DNA of 64,000 nt, taken from Candidatus Omnitrophota bacterium. GTDB taxonomy: Bacteria; Omnitrophota; Gorgyraeia; Gygaellales; Profunditerraquicolaceae. The notes beneath the pieces are model-generated. The model was not told the DNA's origin, did not search any database, and was given only the letters and a program-made list of their open reading frames with translations. The position numbers were made by a program, and so were the translations under genes. Below, one piece after another: positions 50,334 through 60,097 of this stretch; the stretch's first letter is position 1, and the number at the start of each line of letters is the position of its first letter. Where the stretch lies: assembly GCA_030650425.1 (NCBI GenBank), contig JAUSED010000003.1:263903-327902 (forward strand). The letters run 5' to 3'.

Positions 50334-50720
50334 ATGTCCAGACAAGAAAGAATAGCTGAGGCGATTAGGCAAGAGGCGAGCCTGATTATTCACGATAAAC
50401 TCAAAGACCCGCGTTTAGGGTTTACCACTATAACTAGGGTTGAGGTTACGCCGGACTTAAGATACGCTAAGATTTTCTTCAGCGTATTGGGGAATGAGGA
50501 ATCCTACAAAAAGACCAAGGATGCCCTGGATTCCGCTTTAGGGTTTGTGCGTAAGTTGGTTGCCCGGCGGCTGAATTTAAGATTCGCTCCCGAAATCGCT
50601 TTTTATGATGATAGGTCCACGGAGTATAGCGTGCGTATAGAAGAGGTTCTCAATGAAATAAAGGAGCTTGATGGAGAGAAAAAGCCTAAAAAAGGTCGTC
50701 GCGGAAATAAAAAAGCATAA
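50334..50720 (+). CDS. rbfA: ribosome-binding factor A
   Basis: KDPRLG, VEVTPDLRYAK, LRFAPEI. Confidence 0.96.
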   Translation: MSRQERIAEAIRQEASLIIHDKLKDPRLGFTTITRVEVTPDLRYAKIFFSVLGNEESYKKTKDALDSALGFVRKLVARRLNLRFAPEIAFYDDRSTEYSVRIEEVLNEIKELDGEKKPKKGRRGNKKA

Positions 50721-51651
50721 GCGTTTTTTGATCAGCGTTCATACCAGTCCCGAGGGAGATGCTTTAGGGTCGGAGTTGGCCATTTATTATTTACTGAGAA
50801 AGTTAGGGAAGCAGGCAGTCATTATCAATGAAGATCCTTTGCCGCAAGAATATAGTTTTTTCCCGGGTAAGGAGAATTTAAGAATTTATAAACCGGGTTT
50901 AAAAGAGATTGATTTTGATTGTATGGTTATTCTTGATTGCACGGATTTAAGCCGGATCGGAGAGGTGCAATCATTAAATAAGGGGAATAAGCCGGTTATT
51001 AACATCGATCACCATATAAGCAATAAGCAATTCGGGACGGTCAATTTGGTCGAACCCTATGCATCTTCGGCTTCTGAGCTGGTTTTTAATCTTTATAAAG
51101 AAATACGCGTGCCTTTTGATGAGGATTCGGCTATACTCTTGTATACCGGTATGCTTACGGATACCGGCTCATTCCGTTATTCCAATACTTCAAGCTCGAC
51201 CCATAAAGCCGCGGCAGAATTATTACGTTTTAATATTAATGCCAATCAGGTTTATAAAAATATTTACGAAAATATTCCTTTTAGTGATATTCAGATATTA
51301 ACTAAAACGCTAGCGCATATTCATAGAGAGAGCGCCGGAAGCATCGCGTGGGTGGAGGCGCGGGCAAAATTATTAAGGCATAAGAAATTATCTTTCGATC
51401 TGACCGATCATATCTTGGGTTTTCTACGGGCGATAAAAGGTACTCAGGTAGCGGTGTTATTCAAAGAAAATCTTGGCGTAAGAAACGAGATCCGGGTAAA
51501 CTTGAGGTCAACGGGTTTAGCCGATGTGAATAAAGTCGCCTTAGCCTTCGGCGGGGGAGGTCATAAAACCGCTTCCGGGTGCACTGTTAGCGGTAAGCTC
51601 GCGGATGTACGCAGAAAAGTCATCGCTAAAATCCGGGAGGAATTAGGATAG
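50671..51651 (+). CDS. nrnA: DHH/DHHA1 oligoribonuclease / pAp phosphatase
   Basis: HTSPEGDALGS, IDHH, DTGSF, GGGGH; AAGGAG RBS before ATG 50671. Confidence 0.9.
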   Translation: MERKSLKKVVAEIKKHKRFLISVHTSPEGDALGSELAIYYLLRKLGKQAVIINEDPLPQEYSFFPGKENLRIYKPGLKEIDFDCMVILDCTDLSRIGEVQSLNKGNKPVINIDHHISNKQFGTVNLVEPYASSASELVFNLYKEIRVPFDEDSAILLYTGMLTDTGSFRYSNTSSSTHKAAAELLRFNINANQVYKNIYENIPFSDIQILTKTLAHIHRESAGSIAWVEARAKLLRHKKLSFDLTDHILGFLRAIKGTQVAVLFKENLGVRNEIRVNLRSTGLADVNKVALAFGGGGHKTASGCTVSGKLADVRRKVIAKIREELG

Positions 51652-51709
51652 CTTAAGGGGACACTTTCCTACACGTGTTTACTACTTGTTGGAAAGTGTC
51701 CCCTTAAGC
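51651..51709. repeat. intergenic GGGGACA...TGTCCCC hairpin element
   Basis: 19-bp perfect inverted repeat GCTTAAGGGGACACTTTCC / GGAAAGTGTCCCCTTAAGC. Confidence 0.85.
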
Positions 51710-51726
51710 ACGATGAATGCAGAAAA

Positions 51727-52647
51727 ATGAAAATTATTTACGGTATAAATAATATTAAGAAACTTAGAAAGCCGGTGATAGCGATAGGGGTCTTTGACGG
51801 CGTGCACCGCGGGCACCGCGAGGTTCTGGAGGCCGCGGTAAACAAAGCTCATGAAATCGGAGGCGAAAGCGTTGTGCTAACCTTCTGGCCGCATCCGCAG
51901 AAAGAAGAGAGCCTGTATTCGCTCGAACATAGAGAGCGGCTTATCGCTGAACTGGGTATCGATGTTTGCGTGGTGATTAATTTTAGCCGGCATTTTGCTG
52001 AAATTAAAGCCGAAGATTTTATAAAAGATATTTTGGCGGATAAGATAGGCGCGGCGTATGCCTATGTAGGAAGAAATTTTCGATTTGGGGAGAAGGCGAA
52101 AGGTGATTTAGCTCTTTTACAGAAATTAGGTAAAGTCTATGGTTTTAGGGCGAGAGGTTTTAATATTATTAAAGTAAGAGGAGTAGCGATAAGCAGCACT
52201 CTGATCCGTAAGCTAATCAAACAGGGGAAGATTAAAGAAGCAGAGAGGTTATTGGCTCGTCCGGTAAGTATTTTGGGGACAGTGATCAAGGGGACAAAAA
52301 TCGGCAGGATCTTAGGATTTCCGACGGCTAACATTAATCCGCATCATGAAGTAATTCCTGCTGGAGGCATATATGCCGTAAGGATATTTTTAGATAATCA
52401 TAAATTTAAAGGCGCCTGTTATATTGGGACAAGGCCTACGATTGGTATGGGAAGCAGAGAAGAGAGTATAGAAAAAAAGACAAGCGTAGAGGTTTACATA
52501 TTCGATTTCCATAAAAAAATTTACGGAAAATATCTGGAGATTCGCTTCGTTAAAAGAATCCGGCCGGATAAAAAATTTCCTTCTTTAGCCATCCTGGCAA
52601 AGCAAATCAAAAAAGACGTAACTAGGGTTGAGAAAATACTCTCCTAA
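51727..52647 (+). CDS. ribF: bifunctional riboflavin kinase / FAD synthetase
   Basis: GVFDGVHRGH, ISSTLIR, GFPTAN, GTRPT. Confidence 0.95.
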   Translation: MKIIYGINNIKKLRKPVIAIGVFDGVHRGHREVLEAAVNKAHEIGGESVVLTFWPHPQKEESLYSLEHRERLIAELGIDVCVVINFSRHFAEIKAEDFIKDILADKIGAAYAYVGRNFRFGEKAKGDLALLQKLGKVYGFRARGFNIIKVRGVAISSTLIRKLIKQGKIKEAERLLARPVSILGTVIKGTKIGRILGFPTANINPHHEVIPAGGIYAVRIFLDNHKFKGACYIGTRPTIGMGSREESIEKKTSVEVYIFDFHKKIYGKYLEIRFVKRIRPDKKFPSLAILAKQIKKDVTRVEKILS

Positions 52648-52732
52648 TTAGCGAAAATACCACAATATCTGGCTATCCTGCCGCCAATATCCACTACTTA
52701 TTGTTTTATAACCAGTTAGGTAAAATTTCCCC

Positions 52733-52797
52733 TTGACAAAGTGGAGTATTTTCTTTATACTTTACATACTAGTGGAGTAAAGTGGTGTAAGGTGGAA
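52733..52797 (+). promoter_or_regulatory. dcw promoter with MraZ operator boxes
   Basis: TTGACA-N17-TATACT (52733-52761); GTGG repeats at 10-bp period (52772, 52782, 52792) plus one at 52741. Confidence 0.85.
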
Positions 52798-52808
52798 GGA
52801 GCTAAGCC

Positions 52809-53246
52809 ATGTTTTATGGCGAATATCTGCATTCAATAGACCGCAAGGGACGCTTAATCTTGCCTGCCAAATTTCGGGAAGCTGCCAAGGCGCATTTCGT
52901 CGAAAAATTCTTTGTTACACGCGGGTTAGACAACTGCCTTTTTATGTTTGCTGAAGAAGAATGGCGGACGCAGGAATCTAAATTTAAAGCTATACCTTTC
53001 ACTAAAGCCGAAGCCCGTAAATTTAACCGCCTTTATTTCTCTGGCGCGGTTGAAATAACTTTTGATACGCAAGGAAGGATTCTCTTGCCGCAGTACTTAA
53101 AAGATTTTGCCGAGATCAAGAAAGACGTAGTCGTCGTCGGGGTTTCAAACCGCATTGAAATTTGGGCTAAAGATAAGTGGTCGGAATTTTATGGAAATTC
53201 CCGGCAGTCTTTTGAAGAGATCGCTGAGAAGTTGATGGATGCCTGA
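52809..53246 (+). CDS. mraZ: division/cell wall cluster repressor MraZ
   Basis: HSIDRKGRLILP, DTQGRILLP, RIEIW. Confidence 0.97.
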   Translation: MFYGEYLHSIDRKGRLILPAKFREAAKAHFVEKFFVTRGLDNCLFMFAEEEWRTQESKFKAIPFTKAEARKFNRLYFSGAVEITFDTQGRILLPQYLKDFAEIKKDVVVVGVSNRIEIWAKDKWSEFYGNSRQSFEEIAEKLMDA

Positions 53247-54141
53247 TATAACAATTCACACCCCCGCGATGCGCGCTGAGGTGTTAACTTATTTAGATTT
53301 AAAACCCGGTAAAACTATAGTGGACGCGACAGTCGGAACTGCCGGGCATAGTTTCGCGATATTAGAGCGGATTCTCCCTGGAGGAAGGCTCATCGGCATA
53401 GACCGCGACGAAGCGTCTTTAGCGCTCGCGCGGGAACGCCTGAGCCAATTTGGGTCTGCTTATGAATTAATTCACGGAAACTTCGTGGATCTAGATACGC
53501 TCTTAGAAAATCTGGGAGTTAAATCAGTAGACGGTATTCTTTTTGACTTGGGCATTTCTTCTTTTCAGCTGTTGGATGCCTCGCGTGGTTTTAGCTTTCA
53601 GGCTGATGGCCCGCTGGATATGCGCATGGATAAAGATAGCTACATATCGGCATACGATCTGATAAATAACCTGAACGAAGAAGAGCTCTCAACTTTATTA
53701 TGGAATTTCGGTGAGGAGAGGTGGCATAACCGTATTGCCCGCTTGATCGCGCGGGAGAGGGAGAAAAAACCTATTACTACTACCGCGGAATTAGCTAATA
53801 TCGTAGTAAGATCTATACCCTCGAGATACCGTCACCGGTATTACCGGATACATCCGGCAACCCGCACATTTCAGGCAGTGCGTATTGCCGTCAACAGAGA
53901 GTTAGAGATATTAGAAGCCGCGGTAAATAAAGCAATAGCAATTTTGAATAAAAAATCCAGGATATGCGTTATTTCGTTTCACTCTCTGGAAGACCGGATC
54001 ATAAAATTCGCGTTCCGTAAGGCGGAGTCCGACGGATTGATTAATATTTTAACATCTAAACCATTAACGCCGCTTACTTTGGAGGTAGAGGCGAACCGGG
54101 CGAGCCGTTCGTCCAAGCTCAGGGCGGCAGAAAGAATTTAA
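53239..54141 (+). CDS. rsmH: 16S rRNA m4C1402 methyltransferase
   Basis: DLGISSFQL, GPLDMRMD, HPATRTFQAVRIAVNRE, SFHSLEDR. Confidence 0.97.
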   Translation: MPDITIHTPAMRAEVLTYLDLKPGKTIVDATVGTAGHSFAILERILPGGRLIGIDRDEASLALARERLSQFGSAYELIHGNFVDLDTLLENLGVKSVDGILFDLGISSFQLLDASRGFSFQADGPLDMRMDKDSYISAYDLINNLNEEELSTLLWNFGEERWHNRIARLIAREREKKPITTTAELANIVVRSIPSRYRHRYYRIHPATRTFQAVRIAVNRELEILEAAVNKAIAILNKKSRICVISFHSLEDRIIKFAFRKAESDGLINILTSKPLTPLTLEVEANRASRSSKLRAAERI

Positions 54142-54146
54142 AAGGT

Positions 54147-54515
54147 ATGAGACTGAATAAATTTTTATCCATGATTATCTGCGTTACGCTTTTCTCGTTA
54201 TTTTACGTTTATCAGCAGACCGAAATCTTAAGGTTCGCTTACAGTGAACAGAAGCAGAAGGTTATTTTTCAGGAACTGTTGGATAAGAACAGTATTTTAA
54301 GATATAATATCGAAAAGAACTGTTCTTTGGTGAATATCGGTTCAAGCGTAGCTAATCGTTCGGATTTTCAGATGCCCGATAAATACCAGCTGGTAAGGTT
54401 AGTTCCTTCTAAGCAAGGATTGATTTTTGCCGCAGGTTCATCTAGTAAGGAAACTTTATTGTCGCGCGTCTTCGGCATCAAAAGACAGGCCGAAGCCCGG
54501 ACAATCAATCAATAA
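54147..54515 (+). CDS. putative cell division protein FtsL (assigned by position)
   Basis: single N-terminal TM followed by a coiled-coil-like segment, between rsmH and ftsI. Confidence 0.55.
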   Translation: MRLNKFLSMIICVTLFSLFYVYQQTEILRFAYSEQKQKVIFQELLDKNSILRYNIEKNCSLVNIGSSVANRSDFQMPDKYQLVRLVPSKQGLIFAAGSSSKETLLSRVFGIKRQAEARTINQ

Positions 54516-54533
54516 TCTTAATCAAGAGTTAAT

Positions 54534-56264
54534 GTGTATATAAGCAATTATCGCCGCAAGGCCGAGGCGGTATTTTTATTTGTTCTCTTCTTTTTAATTC
54601 TCTGTATTGGCAGGCTCCTCTACATACAATTCTTTAATTCCGCGTATCTGGCCGATATCGCCAGAAAACAACATAACTTTTTCGTGGAATTAGAGCCTTT
54701 GCGCGGTGTTATCTACGACACTAATTTTAAACCACAGACACTGAATTTACCCGCTGATTCTCTTTACGCTTCACCCAACAATATTAAGGATAATGATAAA
54801 GAGCGGATTATTCGTTCACTCTCTAGCATATTGAACTTTAACCCGGATTATTTGAGGGATAGGTTGAATCGTAAGAAGTCTTTTGTCTGGATAGCGCGCA
54901 AGATAACACCCGAACAGGCTCAAGCAGTAAAAAAATTAAATATCAAAGGATTGGGTTTTTTGCGCGAAAGTAAACGCAGCTATCCGAATACGTATTTAGC
55001 CAGCCAGATCATTGGTTTTGCCGGTTTGGATAATACAGGGTTAGAAGGAATTGAGCTTTATCTGGATAAGTATTTAAGGGGGGAACCGGGTTGGGCCATA
55101 TACTTAAGAGATGCGCGGCAAAAGAGACTGGATATTTGGGAGAAAATGGTTCTGCCTAAAGATGGCGATGATATAGTTTTAACTATTGATCAGGTAATCC
55201 AGTATATAGCCGAGCGCGAGCTCGATAAAGCGTTTAAGGAGTTCCACGCCAAAGGCGCAAGTATCATCGTTTTGGATCCGCATACAGGGAGAATTTTGGC
55301 TTTAGCCAACAGGCCTTCTTATGATTTAAATGAGCATAGTAATGTGAGTAAAGATGAAAAGCGGAATCGCGCGATCTGTGATTTATTCGAACCGGGTTCA
55401 GTATTCAAGATTGTTACTGCCTCAGCCGCTTTGGAGGAAAAGAGGGTCACCGAAGAAGACAGGTTCTTTTGCGAAAATGGTTCTTACCGGGTTGCTAACC
55501 ACATTTTACATGATCACACTCCGCATGGTTGGCTCACTTTCAGGGAAGTTATCGAAGAATCGAGTAATATCGGAACGACAAAAATCGCCCAGGTGCTCGG
55601 GTCGGAGATCGTATATAAATATGTCAGGTTATTCGGATTTGGTTCGAAGCTGGGGATAGATTTGCCGGGAGAGATATCTGGAATGATCAAAGAGCCGCGG
55701 TATTGGTCTAAGACTTCTATAGGCGCTGTTCCTATCGGACAGGAGGTAGGCGTAACTGCTTTGCAGTTAGCTAGCGCATTTTCCGTAATCGCCAACGGCG
55801 GCCAGCTGATGAAGCCTTATATTATCGAAGAGGTTCGCGACAAGCAGGGAGAAGTGATCAGAAAAGCGCAACCTAAATTAATCCGTAAGGTTCTATCCCT
55901 GGATACCGCTGCTCGTATGACTAAGATGCTTACCGGGGTAGTAGAAGAAGGGACAGGGAAAATGGCTCAGATTCCCGGGGTTACTTCTGCCGGTAAGACC
56001 GGCACAGCCCAGAAATTAGACTCTAATGGCGCGTATTCGCATAATAAATTTGTAGCCTCATTCGTCGGCTTCGCTCCGGTGGAGGATCCGCTGGTTACTA
56101 TTGTCGTTTCCTTAGATGAACCACATCCATCTTATTACGGAGGGGTGGTCGCTGCCCCGGTTTTTAGTGCCGTTGCCGGCGATGTGGTCAGGTATTTAAA
56201 AACCAAGCAGGCTTTATTCAGTAACGAAGAATATAATTTAAATGCGCGTAGAAGAATTAACTAA
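54534..56264 (+). CDS. ftsI: class B penicillin-binding protein (FtsI/PBP3)
   Basis: RGVIYD, EPGSVFK (SxxK), SSN, GKTGTAQ. Confidence 0.93.
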   Translation: MYISNYRRKAEAVFLFVLFFLILCIGRLLYIQFFNSAYLADIARKQHNFFVELEPLRGVIYDTNFKPQTLNLPADSLYASPNNIKDNDKERIIRSLSSILNFNPDYLRDRLNRKKSFVWIARKITPEQAQAVKKLNIKGLGFLRESKRSYPNTYLASQIIGFAGLDNTGLEGIELYLDKYLRGEPGWAIYLRDARQKRLDIWEKMVLPKDGDDIVLTIDQVIQYIAERELDKAFKEFHAKGASIIVLDPHTGRILALANRPSYDLNEHSNVSKDEKRNRAICDLFEPGSVFKIVTASAALEEKRVTEEDRFFCENGSYRVANHILHDHTPHGWLTFREVIEESSNIGTTKIAQVLGSEIVYKYVRLFGFGSKLGIDLPGEISGMIKEPRYWSKTSIGAVPIGQEVGVTALQLASAFSVIANGGQLMKPYIIEEVRDKQGEVIRKAQPKLIRKVLSLDTAARMTKMLTGVVEEGTGKMAQIPGVTSAGKTGTAQKLDSNGAYSHNKFVASFVGFAPVEDPLVTIVVSLDEPHPSYYGGVVAAPVFSAVAGDVVRYLKTKQALFSNEEYNLNARRRIN

Positions 56265-57678
56265 ATTAATAAAAAACCGTAAGGTCAGCGGCATAAGCTC
56301 TAATTCCAAGACCATCAGGAAAAATTTTATTTTTGTAGCGGTAAAAGGTTCGCAGATTGACGGAAGCAAATTTATTGGGGAGGCACTCGCCAAGGGTGCC
56401 AAGTTTATCGTCTGCGATTCAAACGTTAAGATAAAATATTCTGGCCCTGTGAAGTTTATAAGAGTTAAAGATACGCGTTTTGCCTTAGCCAGGCTCGCCG
56501 CTTGTTTTTACAATGATCCGTCTGAGAAGATTAAGGTCATCGGGATTACCGGGACTAACGGTAAGACTACGATCAGCTATTTGCTTGAGGCGATCCTGAA
56601 AGAATCAGAAGCTTATCCGGGGGTAATCGGAACAGTTAACTATCGTTATAAAAATAAAGTCATCCCGGCGAAGAATACCACTCCCGGCCCCGTAGAAATT
56701 CAATCGCTCTTGGCAGATATGGCCAAGGGAGGTATCGACTATGCCGCCATGGAAGTCTCTTCGCACGCCCTGGATCAGGATAGGGTGGAGGGTGTAAATT
56801 TTCATTCGGCAATATTTACAAATTTAACTCAGGACCACTTGGATTATCATAAAACCATCAAGGATTATTTTAATGCTAAGGCAAAATTATTTAAGCAGAT
56901 CAGCCCGCAATCATTTGTTGTAATTAATAACGACGATAAATACAGTCTAAGGTTAAAGAAAATTACGCCCGCTAAAATAATCACTTATGGTATAAAAAAC
57001 AGGGCGGATCTGAGAGCGCAAGATATTAAATTTGATATCAATTACACAGAATTTAATTTGTTCCTGCGCGCCAGAAGGATAAAATTTAGGATAAAATTAA
57101 TCGGCAGGCATAATATTTATAATATGCTAGCTGCCTGCGCTTGGGGAATAAAGGAAGGCATAGCCTTAAAAATTATAAAGCGCGCGTTGGAAAAATTTTC
57201 TTCCGTTCCGGGAAGGCTTGAGCGCATAAATTCTAAAAAAGGATTTTGTGTCTTTATCGATTACGCGCATACTGATGACGCGTTAAAAAATTGCCTTAAG
57301 GCATTAAGGCAATTTTCACCCAAAAGGATTATTACGCTTTTTGGCTGTGGGGGCGAACGCGATAAGCTTAAGCGTCCAAAGATGGGAAAAGTCGTAACCA
57401 GTTTATCGGATTTGGCGGTGATTACCAGTGATAATCCCCGCTCAGAGGACCCCGGGGATATAATCAAGGATATTGAAAAAGGCATCAAGAGGAGTAACTA
57501 TCGAGTGATCCTTGAGAGAGGAAAAGCAATTCAAAAAACTTTATTACTGGCGAGAGCCGGCGATATCGTTTTATTGGCAGGTAAGGGCCATGAGCATTAT
57601 CAGGTGCTTAAAGATAAAACTATACATTTTGATGATAAAGAGGAAGCTAGGCTATGTTTACAATCGCTGAATTATTAA
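56242..57678 (+). CDS. murE: UDP-MurNAc-dipeptide--meso-DAP ligase
   Basis: TGTNGKTT, EVSSH, DHLDYH, DYAHT, DNPR (DAP specificity), AGKGHE. Confidence 0.97.
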   Translation: MRVEELTKLIKNRKVSGISSNSKTIRKNFIFVAVKGSQIDGSKFIGEALAKGAKFIVCDSNVKIKYSGPVKFIRVKDTRFALARLAACFYNDPSEKIKVIGITGTNGKTTISYLLEAILKESEAYPGVIGTVNYRYKNKVIPAKNTTPGPVEIQSLLADMAKGGIDYAAMEVSSHALDQDRVEGVNFHSAIFTNLTQDHLDYHKTIKDYFNAKAKLFKQISPQSFVVINNDDKYSLRLKKITPAKIITYGIKNRADLRAQDIKFDINYTEFNLFLRARRIKFRIKLIGRHNIYNMLAACAWGIKEGIALKIIKRALEKFSSVPGRLERINSKKGFCVFIDYAHTDDALKNCLKALRQFSPKRIITLFGCGGERDKLKRPKMGKVVTSLSDLAVITSDNPRSEDPGDIIKDIEKGIKRSNYRVILERGKAIQKTLLLARAGDIVLLAGKGHEHYQVLKDKTIHFDDKEEARLCLQSLNY

Positions 57679-59000
57679 AAGCCGCGGGAGGTTTGCTCGT
57701 TTCGGGTGACGCTGGTATTATCGTCGAAGGGATTTCTATTGATTCGCGCAGTGTTAAAAAAAATGAGGCCTTTCTCGCGATTAAGGGGGAAAGGTTCGAT
57801 GGCCATGATTTTATCGATGAGGTAGTTAGCAAAGGGGTTAAGTGCGTCATAGCCGAGGAAGAAAGGAAGAGATACGGCGCATCCTTTATTCAGGTTAAAG
57901 ATACAACGAAGGCCTTGGGGGATATCGCCCGGTTTAACCGGAATAGATTTAAACATATTCCGCTTATCGCGGTCACCGGCTCTAATGGGAAAACTACGGT
58001 TAAGGAGATGATTGCCTGGATCCTCTCCAGCAAATTCAAAGTGCTTAAAAACGAGGGGACCAAGAATAATCAGATCGGGCTTCCGCTTACCTTGCTTAAA
58101 CTGGATAACTCCTATGATTTAGCGGTGTTAGAGATAGGGACAAACCACTTCGGAGAAGTAAGTTATCTTAGTAAGATAGCCCGGGCAAATATCGGCGTGA
58201 TCACTAATATCGGCCCATCGCATCTGGAATACCTTAAGAATTTAAAGGGAGTTTTTAAGGAAAAATACGCGTTGCTTAGGAATCTTAAGCAACCCGCCAT
58301 CGCCATACTAAATACTGACGATAAGTTCTTAAGGAAAGAGGCGCTTAAAAAAAGAAAAACACCTTTTGTCCTGGGGGCAGGGATTGAGAAGGCAAGCGAT
58401 TTCTCCGCTGGCGGAGTTAAATATATTTCAGGCAAACCCAGCTTTGTGCTTAACAAAAGATTTAGCTTTGCATTACCGTCATTAGGGTATTATAATATCT
58501 ACAATAGCTTACTGGCTATAGCCACGGCCAGGATTTTTGGTTTAGGATACAGGGATATCTCTTTTCGTTTATCCCGCTTCGATCTTCCTAAAAGCCGGCT
58601 AAATTTCATAGAAATAAAAGGGATAAGTTTTATTGACGACACGTACAATTCTAACCCCCTTTCGATGAAACAGGCTTTAGGAGTTTTAGGGAATTTTTCC
58701 AGCCGCGGCAGAAAAATTATGGTTATGGGAGATATGCTTGAATTGGGCGCTCAAAGCATATCCTTACACGCAGATGTAATAAAAGAAGCGCTTAAGCTTG
58801 CCGATACATTGATTACCGTCGGCCCGCTTACTAAATCTTGCTTAGTTAAAGTAAACGCCGCCAAAAATAATATATTTGCCTGTCAAACTTCATCCGAAGC
58901 CAGGGAGATCTTATTTAAAAGAGTATGCGTGGGGCCTGAGGATATTGTTTTAGTCAAGGGTTCCCGGGGGATGAAGATGGAAGAGGTTTTTAAGATATAG
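57654..59000 (+). CDS. murF: UDP-MurNAc-tripeptide--D-Ala-D-Ala ligase
   Basis: DGHDF, TGSNGKTTVKE, DDTYNSNP, GDMLELG, VKGSRG. Confidence 0.97.
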   Translation: MFTIAELLKAAGGLLVSGDAGIIVEGISIDSRSVKKNEAFLAIKGERFDGHDFIDEVVSKGVKCVIAEEERKRYGASFIQVKDTTKALGDIARFNRNRFKHIPLIAVTGSNGKTTVKEMIAWILSSKFKVLKNEGTKNNQIGLPLTLLKLDNSYDLAVLEIGTNHFGEVSYLSKIARANIGVITNIGPSHLEYLKNLKGVFKEKYALLRNLKQPAIAILNTDDKFLRKEALKKRKTPFVLGAGIEKASDFSAGGVKYISGKPSFVLNKRFSFALPSLGYYNIYNSLLAIATARIFGLGYRDISFRLSRFDLPKSRLNFIEIKGISFIDDTYNSNPLSMKQALGVLGNFSSRGRKIMVMGDMLELGAQSISLHADVIKEALKLADTLITVGPLTKSCLVKVNAAKNNIFACQTSSEAREILFKRVCVGPEDIVLVKGSRGMKMEEVFKI

Positions 59001-60089
59001 ATGTTCTATAATCTACTTTATCCGCTTCACGATTTAATCTCCGCCTTTAATATCTTCCGCTATATTACTTTCCGGGCAGGGATGGCTGTGCTCACCAGTT
59101 TTATGATCAGCCTTATACTCGGGCCATTAATCATCAGAAGACTGAGAGCGCTAAAAGTCGGAGAAAAGATTAATAAAGGCGATAGCGCGAGATTAGACGA
59201 TTTGCACCGTTTGAAAAGCGATACCCCGACTATGGGCGGAATCATGATCCTGGCGGCGATAGTCTTGGCTACTCTTTTATGGGCGGATCTTTCAAACCAA
59301 TATATCTGGGTTGTTCTTTTTAGCACCCTTTGGCTTGGCCTAACCGGCTTTGCCGATGATTATTTGAAACAAACAAAAAAGAAGGCGAAGGGTTTAAGCG
59401 CAAAGGCTAAGATTACCAGTCAAATTATCCTAGGCTTGATACTGGGGGTAATTTTTTTGACCTACTTCCAAGATAGCTTGAAACTCGATGTTCCTTTTAT
59501 TAAAGGCTTGGCTTTAGATTTGGATGGGCTTTATATAATCTTCGTGATTTTGGTTGTTGCCGGGACTTCCAACGCGGTTAATCTTACTGATGGCTTAGAC
59601 GGGCTGGCTATCGGGATAGTGGTTATGGTTGCTTTAACTTTTAGTATTTTGAGCTATGTTTCGGGAAACGTGAAACTAAGCGAATACCTTTTAGTCCCCT
59701 ACCTTAAAGGAAGCGGAGAGCTTACGGTTTTCTGCGCCAGTATATTCGGCGCGGGATTAGGATTTCTTTGGTTTAACTGTTATCCCGCGTCTATTTTTAT
59801 GGGGGATGTAGGCTCCTTAGCTTTAGGTGGCGCCTTGGGGACAGTTGCTTTATTAATCCGTAAAGAATTGCTTTTAGTGATTGTAGGCGGAATATTTGTG
59901 ATTGAGGCGCTCTCCGTTATCCTACAGGTGGGCTCTTTCCGCCTGACCAAGAAACGTATTTTTAAGATCGCGCCGCTCCACCATCACTTTCAATTTCTCA
60001 ACTGGCCGGAGAATAAAGTCATTGTCAGATTCTGGATTATTGCCGTGCTTTTAGCGCTTTTAACCATAGTCACTCTAAAGATCCGTTAA
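59001..60089 (+). CDS. mraY: phospho-MurNAc-pentapeptide transferase
   Basis: TPTMGG, DDY, NAVNLTDGLDGL, FMGDVGS, APLHHHF. Confidence 0.98.
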   Translation: MFYNLLYPLHDLISAFNIFRYITFRAGMAVLTSFMISLILGPLIIRRLRALKVGEKINKGDSARLDDLHRLKSDTPTMGGIMILAAIVLATLLWADLSNQYIWVVLFSTLWLGLTGFADDYLKQTKKKAKGLSAKAKITSQIILGLILGVIFLTYFQDSLKLDVPFIKGLALDLDGLYIIFVILVVAGTSNAVNLTDGLDGLAIGIVVMVALTFSILSYVSGNVKLSEYLLVPYLKGSGELTVFCASIFGAGLGFLWFNCYPASIFMGDVGSLALGGALGTVALLIRKELLLVIVGGIFVIEALSVILQVGSFRLTKKRIFKIAPLHHHFQFLNWPENKVIVRFWIIAVLLALLTIVTLKIR

Positions 60090-60097
60090 CTTATTCA

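Noticed and set aside
52445-52486. Purine-rich, possibly heptamer-derived stretch in ribF (GMGSREESIEKKTS)
   Set aside because: Too degenerate, and it lies in a loop that normally varies in length.
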